From Macrostomum hystrix (taxonomy: Eukaryota > Animalia > Platyhelminthes): a stretch of 64,000 bases of DNA. The notes below the pieces were generated by a model that did no database searches, was not told the DNA's origin, and saw only the letters and a program-made list of their open reading frames with translations. The position numbers and the translations under genes were made by a program. Positions 1 through 11,900 of the stretch are shown here, one piece after another. The first letter of the stretch is position 1. Each line of letters starts with the position of its first letter. Location of the stretch: positions 12,152,001-12,216,000 of the forward strand of contig CATNEN010000001.1 in assembly GCA_950097015.1 (NCBI GenBank), in the 5' to 3' direction.

Positions 1-523
1 CGCTGCGTAGATCAGCAATGGACTGACATGTCTGTGACCAACTGCTGATTGAAATATATTGACAAAATTTTAACCTGAGAACTGATTTCGGGTATATGAC
101 TGTACAATAAGTTCGGAGTTTATTTCGACACCATCCATAACCGACTAGCAAGTAATTTTGACTTAAGGTATTTTAACAAATTATAGCCAGAGAACTTAGG
201 CAGCTTTTCTTGACGCCAGCCGAACACAATTTGGGTCCGCTCAGTATACGCTCGTACAGGCGTTTGTGTGATCTCAGTTGGTCTTTGTATCGCCCCAGAA
301 GAACGTCTCGTCGACGGCCGGAGCGGCGCTGTCGTTTGTACACTCTCCGTTCCAGTTGCAACTCTTCTGGTCGCCGCACGGAGTGACGACTGGAGCGCGA
401 AGTCCGCTCGATGTGCTACCACCACCGGAGCTGGTTTGGCAGAAAATTTTGTCGCAGATGATCGCCGGATTGCTTTTTTGTTCCCTACTGATAACAACCT
501 TTTCGGGACCCTTGGGTCTAGCC

Positions 524-1289
524 CAGGGGTCGGCAACCTTATATACCCCGCGGGCTAAAGAGAGAATCTTAAAGACGACGGCGGGCCGCATGAAGAAAGG
601 GGAGAGATCAGACAGGTGAGAGATAAGACAAGTGAGAGATGAGAAAGGTGAGAGATGAGACGGGGGAGATAAGACACAAGAGAGAGATGAGACGGGGGAG
701 ATAAGACACAAGAGAGAGATGAGACGGGGGGAGATAAGACGCAAGAGAGATGAGACGGGGAGATAAGACGCAAGAGAGAGATAAGACGCATGAGACGGGG
801 GAGATAAGACGCAAGAGAGATGAGACAGGGGGGAGACGAAAAATGGGAGAGATGAGACAGGGGAGAGACGAAAAAGGGGAGAGATGAGACAGGGGAGAGA
901 TGAGACTGGGGAGAGATAATTCAGGGCAGAGATAAGACAGGGGAGAAATGAGACTGGGGAGAGATAAGACAGGGGAGAGGTGAGACAGGGAGAGATGAGA
1001 CTGGGGAGAGATAAGACGGGAGAGATAAGACAGGGGAGAGATAAGACAGGGGAGAGATAAGACAGGGGAGAGATAAGACAGGGGAGAGATAAGACAGGGG
1101 AGAGATAAGACAGGGGAGAGATAAGACAGGGGAGAATTGAGACTGGGGAGAGATAAGACAGGGGAGAGGTGAGACAGGGAGAGATGAGATAGGGTGTACT
1201 GTAGAGTAGGTGTTAGGAGGAGCTAAGGGCCAGATTTGGGAGCTTTGAGGGCCGCATCAGGCACGCGGGCCGGAGGTTGCCGACCCCTG
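524..1289. mobile_element. Non-autonomous hAT-superfamily DNA transposon (MITE)
   Basis: TIRs CAGGGGTCGGCAACCT (524-539) and AGGTTGCCGACCCCTG (1274-1289). Exact 8-bp TSD GTCTAGCC at 516-523 and 1290-1297. An 8-bp TSD with a CTAG core and CAGGG ends are typical of Charlie/Buster-type hATs. No transposase ORF. Confidence 0.95.
601..1190 (+). repeat. GA-rich minisatellite (about 16-17 bp, GAGATAAGACAGGGGA-like) inside the MITE
   Basis: Visible tandem gagataagac/gagatgagac + purine-run units. Confidence 0.9.
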
Positions 1290-2740
1290 GTCTAGCCAGT
1301 CGGCACACCTGTTCAGGGTCATTCGAGTGCCTTCTCGAGTGTTGGACGATAGGTCACTAAGGCGGCTGCCCTGATCGATTGTGAGACAACTTGATGAGTT
1401 TGAATTAATTGAATTGAATTGAACAAAGCCCCTTGTCCTCGTTGATGCTGACTTTTGTACTCTGGCAGACACCAGCAACGTAGGCCATCCCGCACACTGA
1501 GAAGCTCCCGCTGCCACTTATGTCCATGCGAGTGAAGGCCATGAAGTGATCGGCAGTCTTGCCAACAATGTAATTGATCATTGCCTTGAGGATGTTGCTA
1601 CCCTCAGTGTCTGTTATTTTGTGCATCACACCTTATGAATTCAATAGCATTATACAATTAAATTGTGTAATATATTAGCAAATAATAATTTGCATACAAA
1701 TTATTCAAATTTAAAGCCAAAATTCAGTTTATTAGAGATTATCTTGCATTCAATTGTGTTGCAAAAGCTAACAAAAGCTGTACGAGATTGCAGAATCAAA
1801 TTGTTTGAGATTACAATCTTCAATAAAACACACGAAAGCACAAGCATATTCAATTCGATAAATTTCATAAATGCGAATTAATTGGGAATAAATTAGACTT
1901 TAAAGCAGTTGAATATATATATTATTCTTGCAGCCCGTAGCCATGTTATTTCATGTTAACGATTTTTAGAAAATAATTTATTTTAATGCACTCCGGATTT
2001 TACTTACCTGCTTAGCTTGCATTTCATGGTTGTCTCGACGACGAAGACGACCTAGAGCAAATCTCAAATTGCCTACTCTGTTTTTCAAAGTAAAAGCAGA
2101 GGCATTTCGCGCAAGTAAGGAAATATTGCTGTACGATTGGATAAGGATAGTGCTGTACGATTTCGTGGTTTTTTCGAAGGACCATTAATGCTGTTAGATT
2201 TAACCAACATAGATGTCATGAAGCGGCACAATTTCATATAAATTTACTTCTCAGTTAATCTAGAATTCAGCAGACATTATTTTCCTGACAAGTCTCGTTG
2301 CGTCACCCACTCACAACGAGTCGTTGTGCTTGCAGCGAATTTGTAAAATGAAATTAAAATGTGGAATTTTTTATACAGTATGTACGTGCTTAAAGACATA
2401 CAAACTGGCAAACCTTTGGTATCTAAGTAGGATATTCTGGTAACTTCTATATAAAAAATGAAGTAAAACGGGTGCAGATATTTTCGCACTGTAATTTTAT
2501 AGTCGCAGCAGTTACACTTGACACACGGCGTCCGAACAGCAGCATGAGCGTTGTCATAAAAAACGTGCATAAAAATGTGTGAAAGCATACTTTTATTCTA
2601 ACATGTTGCAGAAACTGTGTGAAAAAAATGAAACACATCAGATACGCTTCAAAAACGATTCAGAAACGATTCTAGCCATGAGAAAAATTAGTGCAACTCT
2701 CTCACCCACCCCACTTAGAATCACTAGAATCGTTTCTGAG

Positions 2741-3589
2741 TCACTTGACGCGTATTTGAATCACTTGACGCGTATTTGAATCACTTGATGCGTATTTGAA
2801 TCACTTGACGCGTATTTGAATCACTTGACGCGTATTTGAATCACTTGATGCGTATTTGAATCACTTGACGCGTATTTGAATCACTTGACGCGTATTTGAA
2901 TCACTTGACGCGTATTTGAATCACTTGACGCGCATTTGAATCACTTGACGCGTATTTGAATCACTTGACGCGTATTTGAATCACTTGACGCGTATTTGAA
3001 TCACTTGACGCGTATTTGAATCACTTGACGCGCATTTGAATCACTTGACGCGTATTTGAATCACTTGACGCGTATTTGAATCACTGAATCACTTGACGCG
3101 TATTTGAATCACTTGACGCGCATTTGAATCACTTGACGCGCATTTGAATCACTTGACGCGCATTTGAATCACTTGACGCGCATTTGAATCACTTGACGCG
3201 TATTTGAATCACTTGACGCGCATTTGAATCACTTGACGCGCATTTGAATCACTTGACGCGCATTTGAATCACTTGACGCGTATTTGAATCACTTGACGCG
3301 TATTTGAATCACTTGACGCGTATTTGAATCACTTGACGCGCATTTGAATCACTTGACGCGCATTTGAATCACTTGACGCGCATTTGAATCACTTGACGCG
3401 CATTTGAATCACTTGACGCGCATTTGAATCACTTGACGCGTATTTGAATCACTGAATCACTTGACGCGTATTTGAATCACTTGACGCGCATTTGAATCAC
3501 TTGACGCGTATTTGAATCACTTGACGCGTATTTGAATCACTTGACGCGCATTTGAATCACTTGACGCGTATTTGAATCACTGAATCACT
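2741..3589 (+). repeat. 20-bp minisatellite TCACTTGACGCG(T/C)ATTTGAA, about 42 copies
   Basis: Direct tandem units with occasional 8-nt TGAATCAC stutters. Confidence 0.97.
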
Positions 3590-3827
3590 TATGCGACTCT
3601 TGTCACGGTAACGTTTTCATCGAAAAATATAGTTGTTGAAAAATTTATGAACGAAAAGTCACAGAATCAATGACAAGGTCATGCTTTTTATAATTTTCTG
3701 TATATTTAATGCCTGTAATGTTATTTCTTTGCTATCAGTCTTTAAAACTGAAGCTATTGTTGGTCAAGAAAAGCCCCTTACACCAGTGGACTCAGGGCAA
3801 ATCATTTTGCAGCGATTTCTTGAATAC

Positions 3828-4220
3828 TCAGTGCCCAGGCTGGTCCCAATGCAGCCAGTGCAATGCGGAGTGCCTGCAATGCCTTGAGCACACACAGTCC
3901 GGGTGGCCATTGTGAATGACGAAGTGTCCGGTGCAGAATATGTCGCCGGATTTGAAGACATTGTGACATAGGCGAGAGCAGAAAGTATTCAATCTGACTG
4001 CTTGCAACTCTGCGAACGATTTGTTATAACAAAAGTTAGTCTTTAAAACCGTCACTTTCTAATAATCAACTCTCATTTTCATAAACCAAAAGAACTCACC
4101 AGAGTCTCCTGTAAATAACCGCTTACTCAACATCATTGAGTCCACAGCAGCTGTGCTAACCCGATGAACCGACAGAGCAATGACAGCTAGAACGAATAGC
4201 GCCACAAAAACCTTCGACAT
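3828..4220 (-). CDS. Small secreted cysteine-rich peptide precursor, 100 aa, 2 exons (4100-4220, 3828-4009)
   Basis: ATG at 4220 and a hydrophobic signal peptide MSKVFVALFVLAVIALSVHRVSTA. The 90-nt phase-1 intron GTGAG..TTCGCAG joins the exons in frame (121+182=303 nt). A KR site precedes the mature part ..FCSRLCHNVFKSGDIFCTGHFVIHNGHPDCVCSRHCRHSALHWLHWDQPGH*. Confidence 0.75.
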
Positions 4221-4764
4221 TTTCTTGCAGGCTATGAAGTTAGGCCTCCGAAAGCTACAATATCTTTTGAAAATTACTCACCGCAAAAATTCTGACGCAT
4301 TGCTGGCAGCTCAATTTATAATCTCTGGGATCATTTCACACGCCCCGCCCACCCCCTCTATAACGTCTGCGCCTCCTCATCCGATTGGACCTTTCAACTC
4401 TCGACAGCTCTCGACCTCAATCGATAAAACTAATCAAAAATTAATTCCAATGATTTGTCTGTCTCATGGGCTCTGAGCGAAGTGATGTTAGTCGGCATTG
4501 AATTATTAAATATTGAAGATTGCTTCGATCCGTGAGGCAGGGCTAAAATTAGAACTCTTGAGTGCACTTAAAAATTGATTTCACATCTGCAGACTGGGCG
4601 AGCACTTTTGCATGTTTTCTTTAGGCATTTTGGAGTGATTTAAAGTCTGACGAGAAATTCGTGCCGTTTCGACAAGATTCAATAATTAAATACTAAATTA
4701 TTCCCACGAGACTTGCGAGTTTGTGATGCGCAATTTCGCTATATTCGATCTGCAGCCAAGTTAC

Positions 4765-4980
4765 GCAGGTACACACGCACAGGTGTGTACGAATCCCGTT
4801 GAAGTCTTATCGTCCGACAGTGCGCACTTGGGGATTCGCCCTATAGTGGGCTTGACATAACTTGACAAGCCCCCAAGTCTTCACTCCGCGGCTGCGCCCC
4901 AAATGAATGTGGCCTCGCCTCACAGAATCGAGCTTAGGACTTAGGTGCAAGTGGCAACAAACGCTCAAGAAATCACCTCT
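4765..4980 (-). mobile_element. Diverged copy of tRNA-derived SINE family 1
   Basis: caagcccccaag..gcggctgcgccccaaatgaatgtggcctcgcc..aatcgagct is the reverse complement of the head of the SINE at 48744-49115. Confidence 0.7.
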
Positions 4981-5370
4981 CTGACTTGAAGCACACAGCT
5001 GTTTTACAAATTTCCCGTAAGTTGATTGACAAAAAATTCGTGCTTAAAAGGACTGCTGCGTGACTTGAGAACCATTTGTTTTACGAGCATTGTTCATTTA
5101 TTTATCAAGTTTTTTCAGATCTGATTTCTAACCGAAAGCAGTTTCCATTTTTCCAGGAAAATATATTGCGAAGAAAGACTTTAGTTTTCGTGACTTTGCA
5201 GTCAAGGACACAAAAATCACTGAAGCGTTTATCGCATCATTTTTCACAGAAATTTCCTTTGCAACTCATTTACAAATACATTTCTGATTATAAATTGAAG
5301 TGCTGCACTCAGTTTTATTAAAGTCGTCGAATTTGAAACAATTTTTTTCTGCCAATACTTTTTGTGATTT

Positions 5371-5492
5371 AGGAGGTGGTAGCCTAGGAGGTATGTGGTT
5401 CGATTCCTGACTCCAATGAAACAGTTTGTTTCCTTTAAAAAGACACTTAACTATGCAAGGATTTAGTTCACTAAACTTTTAAATGAGTACCA
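5371..5492 (+). mobile_element. Degenerate fragment of SINE family 2 (CORE-like)
   Basis: ggaggtggtagcctag..ggttcgattcctgactcca..tgtttcctttaaaaagacacttaact..aaatgagtacc matches the reverse complement of the 38505-38789 and 44410-44664 copies. Confidence 0.6.
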
Positions 5493-5967
5493 AAATTAAG
5501 GGTGTTGTTCATTTCTTCAGCTCTTTACTTGAATTCAATCAGATACTATTCGTATTTTAATTTTTTAATGTAACTTTGAAAGTCTGGATCCGCACAAATG
5601 AAGCAAAATACTGGCAAACTAGTTTTAAATGTGTTTCATATGATTTAAGAACGGATCAAGTCGATACAATCAATTTATTTCGTAAATCAACTCCTAAAGC
5701 ATGCCAAGGCACTTCATTAGAATTTAATATTCATTACATTCTGTGGTCGGATGAATTTATTTTGAAAATGAAAAGTTCAAGAGTCACCTGGTAGCATCTG
5801 TCCTTATCGTACAAGTTTGTCTTATTAATGTCGTTTGAAAATATCAGAGTTGCGAAATTTGAACTCAATTAAGAAATTAAAACAAGTCAATCTACTCATC
5901 AAGAAGTCTAAACTCACTGGTTGAAGTTAAAAAGCACAGATCCAAGAACATCGATTTCTTCAACTTC

Positions 5968-8900
5968 TTAGACAACCACCTCCTGGTACACGGAGGAAGC
6001 CAGCCCAGCATTGCTGATGGCGGTCACTCTCACGTACAGCTTCTGCTCTGCCGGGTTCATGGCCTTTAGCAGCAGGCTGGGCTCCTTAGTCTCCAGCCAG
6101 CGCTGAATGTTCCCGGCTGAAGGCTTTGTCTCGGCCGTCACCTCGAACACCAAGGAGCTGGCTGAGTGGAACACGTCGGACCAGTCGATCAGAATGTGGC
6201 GCTTGGCTGGGTCGTAGGTAACGCGCCATGGCTTTCCTGCAGTGGCAGCCGAAGGATTTAACATATAATCTATAATTCCAAAAGCACACATTAAATCCCT
6301 ACAAAGCAAAGATTTTTTACACTGATCTCACCTGTGAGGGCTGGGAACTTTGAGTCGATCGAAAACTCTTGAGCAACCGGGTCGCTCAGCTTTCCGAGAG
6401 CGTTCACGGCTCGCACCTCAGCTTGGTAGCGCTGCCCGTCTCCCAGAGTCAGACCCTGCAGCTCGGCCGCCTGAACAAACGACCTCTTCACTCGGGTCCA
6501 GTCCTGTACCAGAGAACCCTTCGAGATGTCCTTCAGTCGGATGTCGAAGTCGTCGATTGGAACCTGGTCGGTGAAGCCGTTCCAGCTCAGCTGCAGCTCC
6601 GTGGCATTTCCGAGGACGGAGTTCGTCTGTGTGAAGGGCGTCACGTAGGTGCTGAGCAGCCGCAGCTTGGCCTGGCTTGAGTCCGGCTGTCCATTGTAGA
6701 TGAGAACACCAGGAGACACTCTGAGTTGGATGTTTAAGTGCAGTACATAAAACTCAATGCAATCATAAACTGCTGAAGCCAAATGAAGCAAAAGTAAAAC
6801 TGACTGGTTAAATAGAATCTCCCTCAGAACAATGAAACTCACTCAGTTGCAGTCAGTCCCACAGCGTTTGAGCACTTGACCGAGCTGAAAACTCGCTGTC
6901 CGAGCAGTCTCTCTGGCCTGTCGATGAACCGAGTGGCCGTGAACTGGCCCGGGCCGAGCAGCTCGTACACCGCGATGTCGCAGCTGGTCCGAGTGGTGCC
7001 GGAGCACCAGAAGCATTCCTTCAGACCCGAATCTGGATCCTGGGCTTGGAACCGAACGGACAGCTCGCGAGCACTCTCCTGCAGGTCCGTGTGGCCATCA
7101 ACCGAGGAGCCGTCGTGCACGAACTCAAAGATCGGAGGCGTCAAGTCGATGCGGCTGGGCTGCGAGTGGAAGAGACGAGACAGTCCAGCTCCGTTGATGG
7201 CCAGCACTGACACAAACACGTCGCTCCCGTGCGTGCGTCGGACCTCGGCCTTTGCTTCGGTCGCAGGTCCGATGTTGGTGTATGGAAGGAGCTGCGTGCC
7301 TCCTCGAACAGTTCCGATGGCCCAGTGGACCTCGCTGATGCCACTTTCGGGATCCGTGATGTCCCAGCTGGCGTGCACTGTGCCGCTCTCACGAACACTC
7401 ATCGTGTCCACATGAATTGGAGAGACCGTTGCATTTGACTCTGCAGCCCCAACACTCACCTTGTGTGCCGACACCATGTCGATGGCTAAAATTGAAGTTT
7501 AAGTTAAGGAATTTGTTAATGTAATACTACCTGAGTTCAGTTTGTCGATGTCGAACTCACCAATTCCCGTGTGCAGAGACAACGACTCGATGGTGATTGT
7601 CGATTCGGACGAGACAGCTGTGAAGTAAAACACCTGCTTGTGCCACTCAACACTAGAGCTGCCAAGATCGGTGAACAATCGGAAGGTTTGAATCGTTCCC
7701 GGAGCAGTGACGAGGCCACCAACTGTAACCGATAGTGGGTCCGTGACTGGCAGGTGTGAAGCAAACATCTGCAATCGATATCTACTTCCAGCTTCCGTAG
7801 TCAGAGTTTGCGAGACTCGACCAAACAGCATGAGAGCAGAGTCACCGTCCACTGCCATGGAGTTCCCAACGCGAAGTGCAACAGCTCGACCGCTGAGCAG
7901 TGTCCATTGAGGAGAGACCGAATCGAGTGCAGTGAGGTCTTTGTGACTGAGCAGTGCGGAGGTCGGAGGGTTGAGCGCTCCGTCTTCGAAGCTCGGATTT
8001 CTCACAGTGGTTGGATCGAGGCCAAGTCGACTTGTTGCTACAGCAGGTGTCGAATCGATTGTGATTCCAGGTGCAGTGATGACTTCCGAAGTGCGATTGG
8101 CAGCGTCGAAGGCCTTAACTCGGCAGAAGTAGGTCTGGCCGTGCTTCCAAAGTCCTTTCCATGTGGCCTTCTGCTCAAACTGGACACTCTTCCAGTCTGC
8201 GACGTCGCAGATGACACCAGAAATGGTTGAAGCAATGCAAGCAGAATACGATCGGATGTAGGACTCTCGGTCGAAGAAGCTGTGCCAGCTGCAAGACAGA
8301 GTCTCGTTGTCGCTGGAGTACTTTGAATTTTTCCGATCTGTGTGTGTTAAAGCATATATACGAGTATATCGCAGATGTTTACCTATTGATTTGCTATAAA
8401 TAAAAATGTTATAAACCGAATTCTTACATAATCCATTAAAAACAATTCCAGTTAATGGGCATTCTAAATCCAGCAGAAAGCCGTCAGAGGAAACTGAAAC
8501 TGATAGTCCGTTCTCATCGAGAGCTGTCGCTGTGGAGTAGTATCTGCGACCCGGAGCAAGTGGCAGCTCATCAAAGGTGTAAGTTGACTTTCCTGGAGGT
8601 TGAAAAGTGTCTGCAATGTCACTCATCCCAGAATCGCTGCCAATGGACACGCGATACGACAGAGGCGGAGCAGAAGTCAAGCTGGAGAACTTGTTTCTCC
8701 AACCCACAGTCACTGAGCTATTGCTGAGGATGAAGTCGGAATCCTGTCGACTCTCTGGTGTCAATAGATCCTTTACACCAACTCCGAATTGCTTTTGCAC
8801 TTTTGGTATAGACGGGTTTACTATGACTCCATCAGAGCTGAACACGACGTATGTGTTATAGTCAAACCAAGCTCGAACGAACACTTTGTACGCTTGAAAA

Positions 8901-11900
8901 TAGTTTAGACGACGACCCGATGTGATGTTCAAGGCGACAAACGTTCTCAGACCAACATCTTGCCACACGCGCTCATTGACTTCGTCAAAGATGCCCTTTG
9001 GCTCATCGAATTCAGCCAAACCTGCACTAACTTCATAGCGAGATGGGGGTCGACCTGTGGCCTTTCGAATTCGCCAAGAGGCTGCGAGAAGTGATCCAGT
9101 CGGCGTTGTTTTTGAATCCGTTCGAAATTCACTTCCTGGTCCAAAGGCAGTCACATCAAGGACCTCTACCTCGCAGTCAACATTATCATCTACTGGAACA
9201 TTTCTACAACCAGTCGGTCTGCAGATCTGGTGCTGTGGAGCGCATGAGCAATGCCCGTAGCAGGTGGCAGCTCCAGCGCACCGACGAAGGAGCCACAGGT
9301 GACCCGTCTCCAACACTGACAGTGCCACTTGAACTGGCTGGCTATGCAGACCGGCCTGAAAAATGGTTTCGTCACCTGATAGGAATCTCGAAATTCAAAC
9401 CGCTTGACAACAGATTTCAAGAAATATGATATTACCTTGTTGACTGCAACAACATGTACGAAGAATGACATGCCTTCAGTCAGAGACTTCTTCAGCTGAA
9501 AGCTGGCCGTTTGAATCGGACCCTCGTGAGGGTTGAGCGGACGTCCCATTCCTTCGTCGCTGTGAGGCACCTCAGTTTCCTTAAACGAAAGTTTTAGGCG
9601 ATGTAACTTCTTGATCTTTTCCCTTTTATCAAGTAGCAGTGAAAAGGAGCGCCGCCTACCGACAGAAGTTCGGATCCGAACCAACTCGTGCCGATTTGCA
9701 CCTTGTACAGATCCAGTCCCGAATGAGGATCATGGAAGCCCACCCAGCTGATGTTCACTTCGTTTTCGTCCCACGTCAAGCCGTCCTCGATGTGCCTGCC
9801 GAGATCCACAGCGGACTCGGTGGCCGCCGCCACGTGACCCGTCACAGGAGGCGACGTGTCCACCGCCACCGTTGCAGTCTGTCGAATACACAAGTCTGCC
9901 AGATTGCACGACACCAGCTGCACTGTGTAGTTGCCGCCGTCCTTCAGATCCACATCGTGAAACGTGAAGTTTGTCAGCAGTCCCGGAATCTGCAATCCAC
10001 GGTGAGCACCGCATTAAACCTTGATAGATTAACTTGACGGAAATCATGTCACACACAATGCTTTCGTCACTGACTTTGATAGGCTCAAAGGTCACGCGCC
10101 CAGTGTCATGGCTCGCGAGAGAGATCCAGTGCTCCTTGATGCCACTGTCCTTGTCGCTGACACTCCACTCCACAACAAGGATGTCATCCATCACGAGCCA
10201 GTTGGGCTCGATTTGCCCGAATGACTCGCTCGCGGCAAGAGCGGTTTGAATCTCCGGCGGTGTGTCGTCAATCAGGAATGCATTCGACTCAAACGAAGAC
10301 GAGAGGCCTAGAGAAAGATGAGTGTGGACTCAGAAACCCACCTTACCGCTTTCTGAAGCATTCATGCTTTCTCAAGATATCTACTCACCAGCCTTATTCA
10401 CAGTTTGCAAAAAGACCTTCAGCCTCTTGTGCACTGGCAGAGCTCCGCTGAATCGCACAAAGTTCCGCTCGCTTGTTTGTCTCCAACCAACAACGTCTGG
10501 TGCCGCTGCGTTCTCGTGACCGACTCCCCACCGATGATAAGCGATGTCCGACTCAGGATCGTTGAAGCCATAAAGCGAAAACGCCAGAGCGGAACTGGAC
10601 AGTGTATGATTATAATTGTGCCCAAAGTAAAATTATATAAAACATACGAGTATTTGTGTTTTATCTGTCAAGTTTATCTCCATGACATTGAGGATTGTGA
10701 TAACGCACATAGAACGCAGAAAAGGCTGGTCTGAATCCCGAGAGCCAATCATGACTATTCCATTTCGCGGCGGTGTCGCATCAAAAATGACGCCGTCACT
10801 TGACGCTTCGACACACAGATCAGCTGAATTGCAGCCTCTGACTGAAACGAAATATCTCCGACCCGGTCGTATCTCGATGTGATCAATCTTGATGCCTGAC
10901 AGTTTATGAGAATGTTGCTTGAATCTTTTAAACGAGCATCTACTGTCCAGCAGCTTGTTGTGCTTGCTCATCATTCTGTGTTCAACAGATATACTCCAAA
11001 AAACTTAAACATCATTAACATCATCAATGAGTTTAAAACCACTTACTCTGACGCACGCCGACGTGAAGGTACGGCATGACATCCTGGCACTGTCGGCATG
11101 ACCCGACTGCCACAAAGTAGTCTCTCACGTGGCTGTGCGGATCGTGAAAGTCCGTCCAACTGGCTGCGATGCCGTCCAGACCGGAGCGGTAGTTGCAGTC
11201 TGAGCTGTTCGAGCCTGTCGGGTCAATGTCCAGCACAGAGCCGGGAATCGGAGGGCTCCTGTCGACCAGCACCGGCTTGGACTGATCGCTGGAGATGAGG
11301 CCGGCTAAGTTTTCCGCTCGCACCAACACCCAGTAGTGCTGGCCGTCTCTGGCGCCAGACAGTTGCTCAGACGTCCAAGTCACGCACTCTCCTTTGGACT
11401 CTGCGAACGGGATCGCGTCCGGACGGCCAGGCGACGATCCGAGAGCGACCCAGAAACGCCGAATTCCCGCCACGGAGTCCGAAAATCGGCCGTGCCAGCA
11501 CACAGTCTGGCTGTCACTGTTCGAGATCACGTGCCGCCTCCCGACCGAGATCGGAGCAGCCGGGTTCACTCTCGGACCATGAAGCACCACGCGAAGCGAG
11601 TGAGGCTTTGAGTGACTCACGCGACCGATGAAGTCAACAGCTGAAAACAAGCGGCTTTCGCTTAGTACTGGCTGCAGACAGTAACAACGCATTCTGCAGT
11701 GCACATACCTCTCACGGACACAAAGTACAAATGCCCTTCTTGCAGGACTCCCTTCATCTGGTTTACAATCACTTGACGTGAACCGCCGACACTCTTCCAA
11801 TCGATGACGTCACAGCCAGTCGCGAAGGAGCCGATGCAGTATGCGTAGTCCCTGATTTCAGTCACGTGAGGCATGTCGGAGGAGACCTCGGACTCGAAGC

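Larger units (their letters stand above)
173..1631 (-). pseudogene. ADAMTS-like / reprolysin (M12B) metalloprotease pseudogene
   Basis: 1430-1631 encodes ADHFMAFTRMDI..VCGMAYVAGVC..VSINEDKG, the reprolysin segment just before the Zn motif. About 1300-1400 gives SSSCL..GTR/DPEQVCRL. 274-523 gives ICDKIFC..TPCGDQKSCNWNGEC..APAVDE..WGD, an ADAMTS disintegrin-like/Cys-rich module. HExxH is absent, and there is a frameshift near 1322, a MITE insertion and an in-frame TGA at 274. Confidence 0.75.

Noticed and set aside
2008-2560. Possible upstream exons of the metalloprotease pseudogene (e.g. VVFVVETTM before a GTAAG donor)
   Set aside because: Too short and degenerate to splice confidently to the 1430-1631 exon.
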